From NCBI GenBank assembly GCA_013265495.1, contig MU058337.1:3316686-3380685 (forward strand): a stretch of 64,000 nt of DNA, written 5' to 3'. The notes beneath the pieces are model-generated. The model had not been told where the DNA came from. It did no database searches and was given only the letters and a program-made list of their open reading frames with translations. The position numbers and the translations under genes were made by a program. Shown here piece by piece: positions 25,200-39,620 of the stretch (its first letter is position 1; each line of letters begins with the position of its first letter). Origin of the DNA: Vicugna vicugna (lineage: Eukaryota).

Positions 25200-26270
25200 C
25201 TGTGCCCACAAACTCCAAAACCCATAACACTCTGTATACTTCCAAAAATTCCATTTTTGCCCACATTAGATCCTATGTTTGCTTCCCCTGTTCCTCACAT
25301 CCAGTCTGTCTACACCTGTCGCCAGATCAGCCTCCACAGTCTTTCCTGCATTCAGCAGCCTCTCTGTTTCACTGCTGGTGTCCCAGTCCTTGTGGCCATC
25401 AGCTCCAAGAATTTTAACAACTTCCTGTCTAGTCTGCCTCCACCTGCTCTTACCTCCCAGACGCCATTTGCCACACAGGTGGTAGAAACATCTTTATGAA
25501 TAAAAAATTCAGATTGTTATTCTTCTGTTTAACTTTTTTTTTAAATTGAACTATAGTCAGTTACAATGTGTCGATTTCTGGTGTACAGGATAATGTCCCA
25601 GTCATACATATACATAATACATATATTCATTTTCATATTTTTTCATTAAAGGTTATTATAAGATATTGAGTATAGTTCCCTGTATTATACAGGAGAAAGT
25701 TATTTTTTATCTATTTTTCTATTTAGTAGTTAATATTTGCAAACCTTGAACTCCAAAATTTATCCCTTCCCATCTCCTTTCCCCAATCTTTCCAGTGCCT
25801 TAAGATGAAGTCAGAACTTGGCAGGCTCCTTCCTGACAGCCTCTCCCCCCTGATCCCGCCCCCCAGGACTCCCTCCCCGCACCATTTGTCCTTAGGGCTC
25901 CACATCTCCCTACCCTCCCCTTCCCTCCATCAAAGATCTGATCTCTCTCTGTTGTCTCTGCCTTCCTCCTCCTCAGCCTCCACGTCATCCTCTATCCAAC
26001 CCAAGCTCAGATGTCCCTTGTGCAGAGACATCCCTTGGCTACATCATCTAAGACTCCCCACCCTTCTCCACCCTCACATTGTCGTTCTTTTATTTATAGC
26101 TGCTTCCAAATCTGAATTCAACTTTTAATTTCATTTTGTTTTATTTTTTCACTCTTGATTAAAGAGCTTGACAGCCGGGCTGTCCTTGTCGTTTTATTGT
26201 TACATTCCCCAGTTTCTCCAAGGAGCGTAGAGTAGATACTCAAAAAGTGTTTGTGGAATTAAAACATTAT
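25200..26270 (+). mobile_element. L2 relic, split by a younger L1 insertion
   Basis: Pyrimidine-rich L2 body on both sides of 25534-25784, ending in an L2-like 3' tail 'agtagatactcaaaaagtgtttgtggaat'. Confidence 0.65.
25534..25784 (-). mobile_element. 5'-truncated young (camelid-type) L1 3' end
   Basis: Poly-T, then 'aattgaactatagtcagttacaatgtgtcgatttctggtgtacag...ggttattataagatattgagtatagttccc...tttatcccttccc'. Confidence 0.85.
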
Positions 26271-29244
26271 TGACTCTAACTATGATGCTTTTCAAGCTTA
26301 AAATGTCATTTTCTCATTTGGGTTCCACTGTTTAAATTTTTTGAAAAATTTAAATTGATATATTTTTCCTTACTCTAACATTTGATCAATTAATATTTTA
26401 GGCTAGGGTGAAAACTTAAATGTGATTCTGGACATGTTCACACTACAAGGTTTACAAAATGCCTTGAAAAAAACTAATATTAAATTAATAAAATTAACCT
26501 GTAAGGAAATCATACTGTGTTTGGCCACTCTATGACATTAGACTCTGGTCATTTAGATTATCACACTTGCTAACACAAATTACTTTCCAAACCGAAATAG
26601 AGGTCATCATCTGGTTGGTATTGGGAAATTAAACTTTAAAAAAAGAGCTATTTTTATTTTTTTTACTCTCAGGTTTTTTTTAGAAAATATACAGTCTGTG
26701 ACACAAATGACGAGAGAAGCTATTTGGATTTTCCACTTCATTATATAATTAACAGTAAGATGAAAGTAAATGCTGCAAAAAAATTGCTGAATGCTTTTTT
26801 AGGCGTGATCTATTATTATGTCACTATTTCCTTTGAACCATTTTGTGTGTTGCTTTTGACGCTTAAAATACTTCTTCTAAAATGGGAAATGAGATAGCTT
26901 TTTCAGCTGTCATGATTTAAAGGCAATCTTTTACAGTTCCTTTTACAGTTTCATTTTTCTAAATATCCACGTCTCTACCTCCAAGTCTCTATCTGTAACT
27001 AAAGTACTTTTTCACAAGTTAGGAAAAATACATCTAATAATATAATTTATCAAGTACTGCTTGAAATATTTTTTTCCTTTTAAATGAACACATCTTACTT
27101 CTAAAAGAGAATGAGTGTGGTCAGTTGGGCCATAAATAAATAAGGAGTGACCCTTTGGAGAGTTTCAGTCCCTTCTTCTGAGTATGGTTGAGACTGTCTT
27201 TTTTGATTCAGGATCAGTATATCTGTCAGCGATGACTCTTGGCTTCTAGTACAGAGACTTGAGTTTACTACCTTAAACATAGAAATGTTTAATCTCTCCA
27301 AGTAAAGGAGTTCTAAAAGCGGCAATTCAGAGTTAGAATGGGTGCCCCATCGGGCCGTTAGGGAACCTCGTTCCTTCTAGATTCAGCTCTGCCACTTTAC
27401 TGCTATCTTCCGTGCTCAAGGAACCTCATACTCCAATATGGCTGAAGCAGCCCCAAGAGCATCATGTCAGAGTTCCTGGCACAAAGCCACGTGCAATGAA
27501 TGGAAAGCCTTTCAGGGCTGATGAGCCACATTCTCGTATTTCCTGCTGAAAGCAGCAAACCTCCGGGCACATCTCCGAAGCTTATGCACGTCGCTCAGTT
27601 TCACGCTCACACACAGTGGGTCATAGCCCAGGTCTCATCCTCCTCCAGGAATTAAAACTCCAGCTCCAAGAGCTGAAGACTTCTATCTTACTTTTATTCT
27701 GCTTATTTCCTGGGGCCCCTGTGGTTTAAACTCCCACTGAGTGTTCTCTAGATGAGTTCCCCTTTGCGATTTCCATTTTATAGATTGACACATGGCAGTG
27801 CATTGCCGTTGTGTTAAATTTGTGATACTTTCCAGCATGTGTTGTACATTTCCATGTTTGTGCAATAACTTCGTCCATCTTATCTAACGACGTTCCCATA
27901 ACTACCGTTTTGTTGGACGGATGGACTTTATCACCACGAGCTTGAATCATGCTGCTAGGACCTGTTCCAGCTCATACTCAGTTTGGGTCTTGGAGACATT
28001 TCCCATGGGAGACCTTGATTAAAAAGACGACACTGCGCAGCAGAGAAGGATATTTTCCCTCTGCTTGCATGACAACTATTTGTATAAAGTACCTATTTTT
28101 CCAACTGGATGTAGTGGAGTTAGAAAGGTGCCCAACAAGGCAGCTCATGGTGTAGACAAACCTGGAGCCAAAATCTCCCAACTCATTCAGGCGATGTGTG
28201 TCAGTGTTCACAGAGGCGGCCTCACTTTCCACAGAGATGGTCCTGGAGGGGGCAGTTTTATTAAATTTCTCAACTTGTTTTTATACACTGATGTTGACAA
28301 ATAATCAGTTAATAACTGTATCATCAGCAATTTCTTCTCTCTACTTCTAATTCTAAGCACAATTCACACCAAACACCATGAGACAAATGTCTTTAGAAGT
28401 GTCTCCCACGAACTCTTTCTCTAATTAAAAAATCTAAGTAAATGTAACCGTTCCGTGACAACGTCATTGTTATCACAAAGAGTACAGCATCTAAATGAGG
28501 GTGGCAAAACTTAATTTATTCTCAGTGCTTACGATTAAAGCGCTGCTTTGTGTTTCCAGTGTAGCTGGAACTGGCTTCATCTTTATTGCTTTCTCGCCTG
28601 CTGACTGGAGCCCTCCGATCGCCCCTCAGCTCTTTTCTGTACCACTGGATCCCTTGATTTATGACTATGAATTAAGTCAGTTGTTATGCTTTTCAGCATT
28701 TATTTGCCATATATGGTCCTTCCCGTTCTTTTGCTGTAGAAGCAGACATTTTCTTTTTCTATTGAACTTATCTCTTGACTTAGGCCTTGCTTGATATACA
28801 ACATCAAGGGTATTTCAGAGTTGACAGTCTCCTGCTATATTCTACACAGTCTTTTATTTTTTGTTTGGCTGTCATAAAATCATAGATAACTTAAGTAATT
28901 CCACCCTATTCTTTTTGCCATTACCTATTCCCCTTGGGCAAACTAAAAAGTAGTAAAACTTCATTTCTTCATCATTACTTTAAATATATCTATAAATGTT
29001 CCCATAAGTATCACTTAAAATAATAAACCATGCTTTGTGTATATCATTTGTATGGTCAATTTTATAGCAATAAGATAATGGTAGACACATTTAATACACA
29101 TGTTATCAATAAACTGGTATGCTAGATAATCATATCTAGTATGTTTTATTGGAGGAAAATAACTTTACTTCCAAACATATTATATGATTCATAAATCAAT
29201 CTTCAGGGTTTTTTGAGGGGAATATAAGTGCTTTGAGTAAACAA

Positions 29245-29425
29245 TGGCTAAGTAAGAAGGATTAGAAGACTTAAAGTCTGGTATTGTTCAAACCAGAGGC
29301 TTATTACATGATATTGGACAAGTCACTTAGCTTTTCTGATACTAGTTTTGTCTGTATGTATGGTGTGTACAGTAATATCTGGTCTTGCTGACTTTGAAGG
29401 ATCGTTTTATGATCAGATATAGTAA
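29245..29425 (+). mobile_element. MIR SINE relic
   Basis: MIR core-like 'tgatattggacaagtcacttagcttttctgatactagtttt'. Confidence 0.6.
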
Positions 29426-29619
29426 TAATCAGAATAACAATGATAACGCAGTGATTTTAAAACTTTATAGCGTTACATGTGTACAAAGTAACATAACTGA
29501 CCTACCAGGAAGGTAGCAGGCTGGTTCTCCATTTCCCCATTCAGAGTTCTCTAGAAGTTTGGTTGTGACTACTGACTGACTAATTAAATATTATTTTATT
29601 GATTAGATACTTGCTTTCC

Positions 29620-30270
29620 TGTAGCTTTCATTCTGGAGGGTGAAAATAGACAATAAACTTGATATAGTCTGATGGCGAAAAGAGCAGTGATGTGCACCTG
29701 ACCACATGAGAAGCAGTAAACAAATGGATTTGTTGTTTGATGGGGTGGAGTTACTGTAAACAGGGTACTCATGGAAGGCTGATACGAGGAGACAAAATCT
29801 GAGATGAGATCTACAGAGTAAGAATAAGCTAGCCAGGATACCAGTGAGAGCTAAACGCAATCATATCTATGGCTTTAAAGAACGAGACAGGTGGATGGAG
29901 CTTGAAAATACGTGGGAGGAAGACTTGGCTATATTTGTTGATAGATGAATATGGAAGATGAGGAAAAGAGAATTTGAGTGAAAGATCTTTGGTTTAAGAA
30001 TCTGGGTACATAATAGTATCACTTACTGTGATTAGAAAGAAGGTAAGAAGGCCAAACACAGAACAGGAGAACAAGGGATGTGTTTTGGACATTTTAATAT
30101 TTGACATATCTGTGAAACACCCAAGTGGAGATGTCAGAAAGGAAATATGCATTTGGAATCTAGAGGAAAGAGAAACGTCAGGGATATAAATTCAGTAATC
30201 ATCAATGTGGGGAGGCTTTTTGAAACCACAGAAAAGAATGAGTTCACGGAGAGTTTGTAGAGAGATACCA
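29620..30270 (-). mobile_element. L2 relic
   Basis: 'tgttttggacattttaatatttgacatatctgtgaaacacccaagtggagatgtcag...gggatataaattcagtaatcatc' is typical antisense L2. Confidence 0.7.
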
Positions 30271-30889
30271 CGGTATGAGCAAGAGAATTGATGCTATGAA
30301 AGAGCAAGATGGATATTCCCTGTTTGGCCTCTGCTTATGATCCACGTTTGTGTTATAACCATTTGGGAAATAATGCTAAATGACAGCAAAACCTGAAACA
30401 GCCTTGAGAAACCCAGCTAATGGATCTGGAGTGTAAGTAGGAGAATGAAATTTTACCTTGAGAAAAGACGTAGCGTGTGGACAAAGACTGCAGGTTTGGA
30501 GGCTTAACGGCTGATATTGACAGAGTTCTTATAAAACTTTTTATATCCCAATGAATTTGTAAACAAGGTTTTCAGAAATGGGTTTTTTTTTTTGAGATTT
30601 GGGAAGAAAAGAGACAGAATGAAATATTTGTCTAGTAGAGTGGAAAAACAGTCCTTCTACAGTCACATAATTTAGACTGCTAATGAGGGAATTTTGCACC
30701 TTTCAAGTGACCGCGAGGAGAAACAAAGTTTGAACAACACTGAAACAAGATACGAACATTATTACTCTTGTCTTGGCGTGTGAGCAGCAGTGAGGAGGTG
30801 GGTAGTAATTTTCACTACTTTACAAAGTCCCTTCAGCCCTATCTCCTCCACATGTGTTTTCGTTACCCTTGAACTGGGATTTAATCAGA

Positions 30890-31025
30890 GTATATTGGAT
30901 CTGGCAATGACCTTAAGGATCATTCTTTCCAACTGTGCCATTTTATACACAAGACAAGTGAGGCCCCTGGGAGCTGAATGATTTATACAATTGTGCGACT
31001 GCGGTGTGGCAGTCAGGGGAACCGT
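30890..31025 (-). mobile_element. MIR relic
   Basis: 'gaccttaaggatcattctttccaac...cattttatacacaagacaagtgaggccc'. Confidence 0.6.
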
Positions 31026-32924
31026 CATCTGCTGTGTAGGTTTGTACATGAGAATTTAGAGCTGTTCCATTGGCTGCTATTTTAATCACCAAATTCTCCT
31101 AGCAGTCAAATAGAGATATCAAGATATTTTTCCCTTTCTATGGATGCATGTGATATAAGAAATAAACTGGGAAAGAAGAGATACATGAAAAAATACATTA
31201 TAGTTCAAATGTTTCCTCTGTAAAGATAAAAAAAATGGAAATATGTATTATCATTTTGGCTATGTGGTTGTCTTACGTTTTTAGAACTTTTCAAGTTAAA
31301 TGGTCTATTATAATGTAGAAAGAAATTGTACTTTCCGTATTATCTTACAGATTTTTCTCTCACCCTTTCCACAGAATGTTCTAAATGACTCATATTTCAA
31401 AAATAGAAATGATGTACACAAGTATGGATAAAATGTATCTACGTGATTGGGAAATGAAATTAATGATATTCTCTATTGAAATCTAGTTTATGTACTTGCA
31501 CTGTCCATAAATGCAATTTAAAGTTCCCAAGAGCAGCAAGTAGGCACAGATGTGAATTTAAAGGGTCTCATTAGCAAAAATCATTTCTGAAGTTGCAAAT
31601 TAAAAAAAATTATTTTTGTATGGAGTTTTTTCAACAAAAGATTTCAAAACATATTTAATTGTGATACGATTTATAGAAAACAAGGACAGCATCAAGGAAA
31701 GCCTTTATTCTTTCTTTATTCAAGAGCACGCTACAGGGATAAATGGTCACTGAATACCCTGCTTCACAAGCTACTAACGTAGTTAAAAAAATATACATTA
31801 TATCTCCAAGAAGTCTATGCTATAGTCCTGAATGCTTCCTGTTCTTCTTGCTTTCATTTCTTCCATGACTCTTTAGACATCTGATGAAACTATACACAGG
31901 ATAAAGCGGCTTTGTGTCTTTGCTCAGATTAAATAACAATCAAGGTCATTTGCCTAATTTTATTTTTTTTGCTGCCAATCAACTTTTCTTGTGAAATTCT
32001 GAGATAATGAAGGAACTCAGACCATGGATAGAATTTTCACAGCAAAATATATACGAGTTTTTCACTGATATAATTTCTTCTATATAATTTCTTTTCCTTT
32101 TTGTGTTATAACATAGAATGTTTTTGAAAAGTATCCAATTAACATTTTTGAAATAGCAATGTAGAGTCAAATTATTAAATTAGAAGACATTTATATGTAT
32201 GGTAGAATCAATAGATTATAAATATTAAAATTCACTAATCCAGGAGAATTTTTCTAGAGAGATGGAATTGCAAATTATGAACCACACATTGAAGAAAATT
32301 ATTTTTTTGTTAATTGTATTTAGTTGAGTTCATTTACCAAAAAAAGTAACTTTGAAATAAAACTATTTGTATCATAGATATCTCTGTATAGATAATATTT
32401 CTATATTATAAATGAATATTAAGTAAATAAAATGAATGGAATTTGTTATATAAGTGCTAAGTAAGCTTTTTTGGATTTTTTTGTTTATTTTTTTTTTAAT
32501 AGAAACACTCTGCAAGGAAAAATCTCAAAAGAGTCCAAAACTAATAAACCAGGTCAGCAAATTTTTAGTATTGGGAATTGGGTAGGGATAAAGAAAGGAA
32601 GAAAAGATTTTCTTAATGTCTCAAATTTATTTACAAAGGGAGAGTGGTAAAAAAGTTTCTTGATAGAGAGGTTTGTGTTTGTTTAAAATAATAGAAAACA
32701 TTTAACTATGAGGATGTAATTAAAATATATTTAATTTAATTATATGTTATTAAATATATTTAAATATTACAATTTCTTGCTGGATAGCAAGAGCAAAATT
32801 TAGCCAAAAATTTTTAAAGGAGCAGTTTAAAATATAGAAATGCATGTCTTTCAAATAAAAAGTTAAGAAGTAGGTGGTCCAGAGCTAGCAGACATGGGAG
32901 GGCAAACCCAATCCTGTGTATTTT

Positions 32925-35190
32925 AAATCTTCTTATCAGGAAAGCTTTCAGAAACATAAAAATTAAATAGAACAGCGTAATTAATCCCTCATTGATCCAT
33001 CGGCAATTTTGGACAGTTGTTCTTAACTTTCTGCCATTCCTGTCTCATTTTACTGTCACCGCAATCCACACCCTGAAATTTACATTTTATTATCATTTTG
33101 CAGTTATGTACCTATAAAGACAGAAAAATTTTCTCACTCCCGGACATTTTTTTCATTTGCTAATACGCCATCCAAGTATCTTTGAGGAAATGTCTGAATC
33201 TTTTATCCATTTATTTTTATTGAAGTATTTGCTTTCTCTGCATTATACTTTAAGAATTCTTCATATAGCCTAGAAAAAAATCCCTTTATCAGATATTTTA
33301 TTTGCAAAATTTCTCCCAATCTGTGCATTTTCTTTCCATGTTCTTATTAGTGCCTTCTGAAGAGCAGAAGTTCTTAATTTTAATGAAGTTTAAGTCATCA
33401 ATATCTTCTCTTACGGGTCATTCTTTTGATATAGTGTCCAAGAAATATTTCCTAGAGATTTTCTTCCACTAGAAAATATGATGTTTTAAGCTTTATACTT
33501 CGCTCTTTGAACTTCAGTGAGATCATGGGTGTGCATGGTGCATGCTAGTGATAGATTTTATTTTCTTACCTAGCGATATACCATTGTTTCAGTATCATTT
33601 GCTGAAAAAATTACCCACTTAATTGTCCTTGCATGTTTGCCAAAAATCAAATGACTTAGTATGTTTGGGTCTTGAATCACAATAATTATCGATTTTCTCT
33701 CTTGACAACAATGCCTCACTGAAGCCTCACTCTAATGATTACTGTAGCTTTATAGTAGTCCTGAAGTCAGGCACTGTGAACCCTCAAACGTCATTCTATT
33801 CAAATTTGTTTTGACCACTTTAGGTTAGTTGCATTTTAACATGTATTTTATTTCTTTTTCTTTTTTTTTTTTACATTTTTTAATTTTATTTTTTAGTTGA
33901 AGTATAGTCATTTTATAATGTTGTGCTAATTTCTGGTGTACAGCATCATGTTTCAGTCATACATATACATACATATATAGTTTTTTGTGTTCTTTTCCAG
34001 GATAGGTTACTACAAGATAGCAAACATAGTTTACGTGTATTTTAGAATGAACTTGTTAATTTCACCAAACATGTGCTAAGATTTTCATTGGGATTACACT
34101 GAGCCCAGAGATAAATTTTTGGAAAATTGGCAATATTGAGTTTCTCAGTTCATAAGCACAATACATTTCTCTATTTATTTGCATTTTAAATTTCTATTAC
34201 GAATGGATTACAGATTTCAGAAGGATGCCTTGCCCCTCTTTCATCAGATTCATCCCTAAATATTATATCTTTTCTATCATAAGTTAAATATTAATTTACA
34301 TATTTGATTGCTTATTGCTAATGTACAGAAATGCAATTAATTTTCACATATTGATCTTTTATCTGCCAATGTTGCTAAACTCATGTATTTGTTCTGGAAG
34401 GTTTTTTTGTGCATTTCATAGAATTTGTTACATAGATAGTCATATTCTGTGAATAGAGACAATTTTACTCCTTAATTCCAATCTGGATATCTTTTATTTC
34501 ACTTTCTTGCTTTATTTCACTGGCTAGACCCACAGTACGATGCTGAAAGATACAGAAAAATTAACATCTATAGCTTGTTCCTGATCTCAGACAGAAAACA
34601 TTTAGTTTTTCAGTATCATGTAGGATTTGTGATGTAGAAATTTCACAGAATGAGTAAGTTGACTTTAATTCTTAGGGGTTTTTTTAAGAGTTTTTAATCA
34701 ATAATGGATGTTAAATTTTGAAAAATGCTTTTATATTCTATCAAAATGATTATATACTTTTTGAGATTTAGTAGTTTGTGTCCTTCAAAGAAACAGTCCG
34801 ATTTATCCTAAGTTGTCGAAATTATAAGTAGAGTGTTGTTTGTAGCTTTCATAATTAGTATGGCTGGAGGATTAAGCAATTTCTTAGTTTTCTCAAACAA
34901 CCAGATTTATTGTTTTTTCTGCTTTCTATTTCATTAACTCCAATTCCAATCTAATTCTTATTATTTATTTCCACTTTAGGTTTAGTTTGCTTCTCATTTT
35001 CTAATTTCTTAAGATAAAATCTGAGGTCATCGGTTTTCTTTCCTAAAATACGTAACAGTGCTATCCATTTCTAAGTAGCACTTTATCTACAGCTCACAAA
35101 TTCAAATATGGTGTGATTTTATTTCCATTCATTTTAAAATATTTTCTAATTTCTTTTTAATTTATCCTTTGCTTCATGGATTACTTTTGA
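32925..35190 (-). mobile_element. Old LINE-1 (L1M-class) ORF2/3' region, degenerate
   Basis: Antisense L1 motifs: 'ccctttatcagatat...tttgcaaaatttctcccaatctgtg', 'gaagagcagaagttcttaattttaatgaagt', 'gattactgtagctttatagtagtcctgaagtcagg', 'cttgttcctgatctcag'. Confidence 0.85.
33851..34032 (-). mobile_element. Young L1 3' end nested in the old L1, with TSD
   Basis: Poly-T plus 'ttgaagtatagtcattttataatgttgtgctaatttctggtgtacagcat'; TSD acatgtatttta (33839-33850) / acgtgtatttta (34033-34044). Confidence 0.85.
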
Positions 35191-35194
35191 ATCA

Positions 35195-35330
35195 CTCTAT
35201 TTGTTCATACAAAAAGCATACATATTTAGTGTACACAATTTGATGGGTTTGGAAACATGTATATAACCATATAACAATCACTATAGTCTATGCCATCAAC
35301 AAATCCATCACCTCCAAAAGTTTTTCATCT
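35195..35330 (-). mobile_element. L1MB-like 3' end fragment
   Basis: 'catatttagtgtacacaatttgatgggttt...aatccatcacctccaaaagtttt'. Confidence 0.6.
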
Positions 35331-35671
35331 CATATCATATTTTAAAAAAACTTTGTTAATAAAAATTCTGCTATGGTGAATGTATTGTCAATAAATAGTT
35401 TAGTGTTAAAGTAGAAAAATCTAAACTAGTAAATAATTTCCCTTTATCTAAATCTTAAAAGGAATTATTCATGAAAGGCAAAGTGTTATCTTTTCATTTT
35501 GTATCATTAGTCAACACACATTTTTCTAATTTTGCACAGATTGTTTTAAATTCTTTGTACTTCCTCAAAGAACTCATTTTGAAAAAAAAACTGCTGTATG
35601 TTGAAGCTTAAGGTTTGCAGAAAAGTAATTTTGTCAAATTAGAAAAAAATTAGTTTATGACATCAAATAAT

Positions 35672-35752
35672 AACGGTTTGAACTGCAAAAAATTGCACGC
35701 ACTTAAAACCATTTTGACCTCCAAGAATGGCAATGTCATATGGTTCCACGTA
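35672..35752. mobile_element. MADE2-like mariner MITE (~80 bp)
   Basis: 'ggtttgaac...ccattttgacctccaagaatggcaatgtcatatggttccacgta' matches the MADE2 layout. Confidence 0.7.
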
Positions 35753-38700
35753 GCACTTGCTGTACCTTGAGGAATGCGGTCGTTGGATTTTTCGTGGGCA
35801 TCCCAAGAGATTCCCTGAATCCTCTCCGAGATCCTTTAGTCATTTTTCAAGGAAACAAAACATGTTTTATTAAACGTGCCCTTGTTTAAAGAACACGTAT
35901 TATAGCACTCCAGGAAAAGCACAGGAGCTAATGTAAGATTTTTCTCAGATCTTCACCGCGTGAAGAAAGTGCTAATTAGTGACAGTGCATAATTTGAACA
36001 ATTGCTACTGACAAAGCTCTCCGTAAGCCAATATTTCAAGTTCCAACAAGTTCCCTTGATTTGAAATTAAATCAGCTTCATCCATAGGCACTCAAGGCAC
36101 TCAAAACAATGGAAATTCCCATGAGTTACTATAGAAATAGATAGTCTCGTCAGATGCAGATTACATCTCATTACCATCTAGTCCTTCTCTGGGGTCAAGT
36201 ATGCCATTAATCTTTTATTAAAATAGCATACTTCTGAACAAACTAGATTTTCATTATTTTAATAGTGGCATTAACTTAAAGACATGCATTAAACCGATAT
36301 AGATGCAAAGAAAGTTGTTTAAAATAACGTCTTTCTTTTCTTCTGACTACCTGACCTAGACTCAAACACTGTTTTTATAGACATCAGGTCATGATAATTC
36401 ATAGGACATTAGGTTTATTCTTTAGAGTATAGTGTACAGTGAAGAACAATGCATACTATGTATTTTCAGTAAGTGTTTTGGTAAGGGGATGAACAATGAG
36501 AGATTAAAAAAATGACATAAGGGAGAATAAAAAGATGTTTGAAATTTCCTATTTATTTCACATATAAGGAAACAACACTCATGGACAAATGGGGGGTGTA
36601 CAATGTGGGAATGATACCTAATTTCCCATTAATTATTTTTTAAAATTCTACTTTATGATATTTCTTCTTAGGTATGACATCTTCAAAACAAATGCAGAGA
36701 TACACCAATTAATTCAGGGACTCCTTTCTCACAATGACTTTTGAACAACATCCCTTTAACATAAAGGTAACCAAATGTGCTTATTCAAAATAAAGTGAGT
36801 TATCATTGTCATTAAAAACAATTCATCAAATAATGTATGTCACAATGCTATGCACTTTACATTAAGAATTCAAAAATATACAGGAATAGCCTAAGAATCA
36901 ATGGCCTTAAATAAATAATACTGATACTGAATAAAAATAATTAGGCTCTATGATTTTGGAAAATAGGACAAAAAATTTAATAGAAAAACAGAGTTGAGCT
37001 TTAAGTTTTTTTCTTAAAAAAATGTAAATATTTTATTCCTGTTGACATTAACAGAGTAGACTTCAATGTGAAAGCAAGTCAATTCACCAGTCCAATACGG
37101 GATAAGTTCCAGTCTGAAAAATGCTGTTAATTGTTATAATTAAATAGAAAACTTTTTTTGTTTTTTTGTTGTTTTTTTTTTTTTACGTGTGTGGATAAAG
37201 AAACATTAAGCTTCTACAAGGCACATTCTGTGGAAATGTTTCTCCCAAGTCCCTATGGTTGCCAATAGAGATACGTTCTTCTAGGGTTGTAAATTTTATA
37301 GCCAAGCAAAACTTTTTAGATGAGCTGTTTTGCCGCCTTCTTCGTTTTCACTTCTATATTATTATTTTATTCCCTTGGTGCTTTAAGACAGCTACCAAAA
37401 TGTCAAAGGATTTATTAAACCTTTTCATATTCCAACCAAAATGTTTTACCAGTGAGGGGAAAAGGGCATGGTACTAATTTTAACCTAAACTTGGGGAGAA
37501 ACCCTGGGACATTCTCTTACAAAGCATAAATATTTGCACAATGGATTACTAACAATGCCTTCAGTTCCTTTGTGAACATGAGAGAAAACTAAATACCAGA
37601 ATGCATGGAGGCACCAAAACCAACATAAAACGTTAATTTATAGGAATGTGAAATCTCACTGTGTTAGAAAATGATGTTCAACCAGTTACCCAGCTTGTGA
37701 CAAAACTATATCAAGGGTCAAAATTCCATGTCTTAATTAAATAAAATAAGAAGGAACCTTGACTAATACCTCTTGGTAATTATTAGTGTTTCCAAACTTA
37801 CTATTTTCAGGACTTCCTTAATAGGAAGTGCAAGTTTCCAGACGTGGAGTCCAGGAAGAGGTTAACACAAATACACTTTCTATTGCATTTCTGTAGTTAG
37901 TTATTTTTCCTGGAAGCATAATATTCTGTTTTAAGCATCCTTAATTAAAATTACACTCAGAATAGATGGAACAAGTATTGGATTTTATAAACATTTGCTC
38001 TGGGTATTAGTAACCTACAACAGAAATTGCAAGATTCCCTGCCTTCTCCCACACTCAGACAATCTCCATCATTATAATTAGAAATAAACTTTGAAGCCCA
38101 ATTTTCTTTCTTTTTAAAATGTACTGTTCATAAATGGTTTGCAGTGCTAACATTTTAATAAGTTGATATAGCCTCACTATGGGAAAATATATTTTAAATG
38201 ATCCAAGAAAATCGCAAACATTTCCCACCATCTAGAGATTTGGGCAACACACAAGCATAGCTACTTCTGGTCTTTTTCCTTTGCTGGTTACACATTGAAG
38301 CTCTGTCTCTGTATGGAAACCATGTATGCAAACCGTTTTCTTGTATTTTGAGAGGCTGTTCTTCAACTTTACTCATAATGGTGGCATAGCATTTATATAA
38401 ATGTTTCATGATTTATAATATTTATTATTACTTTATGTTTAACTTATATCCAACTTGTTATTATAAGTCACAACCAGTGAACATACTTAGTCATAAATCT
38501 GTGCCTAATTACAAAATATATAACTTAATATTTTAACACAAAATTTAGAAATTTCCAAAAGATACTTATTTTAATTTTGAAATGGGATACCGAATACATT
38601 GACTATTTTAACACAATGGAAACATTGGATGATACTGAACTGACGTTCCTTTAATAACTCCTTGGTTAACAATGCCCTAGATACTCACTCTCTGTATTTG

Positions 38701-39284
38701 TATTTTGATAATATAATGAAGCAGGAGGTAATAAAGTGGAGAGGTTAACTGCACTGACTCTCTACCACAGTTAAGACACAGGACTTTTCCATCACAAAAA
38801 TCCCCCATGCTACACTTATATGGCCACCAGAACCCAGATTTCTCTGCTTCAGCTTCTTTGCAGACTCACACAGCAGTTGATGAGAGAACTCATGTGTATT
38901 TATATTTTTAGTTAAAATAAAATATTTAAGCTACATTTGTCTTTTTATGACTCACCACTTTATCCTTTTGAATTAGCAAATAAAATATTGATGAGAAGAT
39001 AGACTTACATACTTAAAACATTGTTTTTGTTTGAACCCAGACATAGTAAAAAATGGAAAATTATATGCAAATTACTTTTTCCTAAAACAAAATCCAAAAA
39101 GCAATCTAATATGAAGTTATAATTTCTCTTAGAACTATAAAATTGATTCTCAATATAAAACCATTCAAAATCCAAGAAGTTGAATGTCATGTCTAAACGG
39201 GATTCACTTTACCTCTCACACATCACCAGACCAGATGAGACGCTCTCTGTGTCAATAGGAATTAATTCCTTGACACAGAGATAT

Positions 39285-39620
39285 TTTTCCCACTTACCTA
39301 ACAAAGGACATTTATTTATGCACATACTACATGCCAGGGATTTTCACAGGAATTGTGACTTTCGTCCGCATCTTTATCCTCCTTGACTCCATAGCTCAGG
39401 AGGTATATACTGACAAGTGATAATGCACTGAGGTAAATGCTGCCTGAAAAGGCAGGTGAAACTAACTCGGCTTGGGGGGTGGGGGTTATCAGACAAAGAG
39501 CATTTTATAGGAAAGATGGCACTGAGGGGACCCTGTGCAGGGTGGGCCAGCAAAGGGAGGAATGACTTCAGCAGAATGACTGATACAGGCCAAGCGGTAG
39601 GGTCATGAAAGCACATCCTT
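39285..39620 (-). mobile_element. L2 3' relic
   Basis: 'catttatttatgcacatactacatgccaggga' followed by a purine-rich antisense L2 body. Confidence 0.55.
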
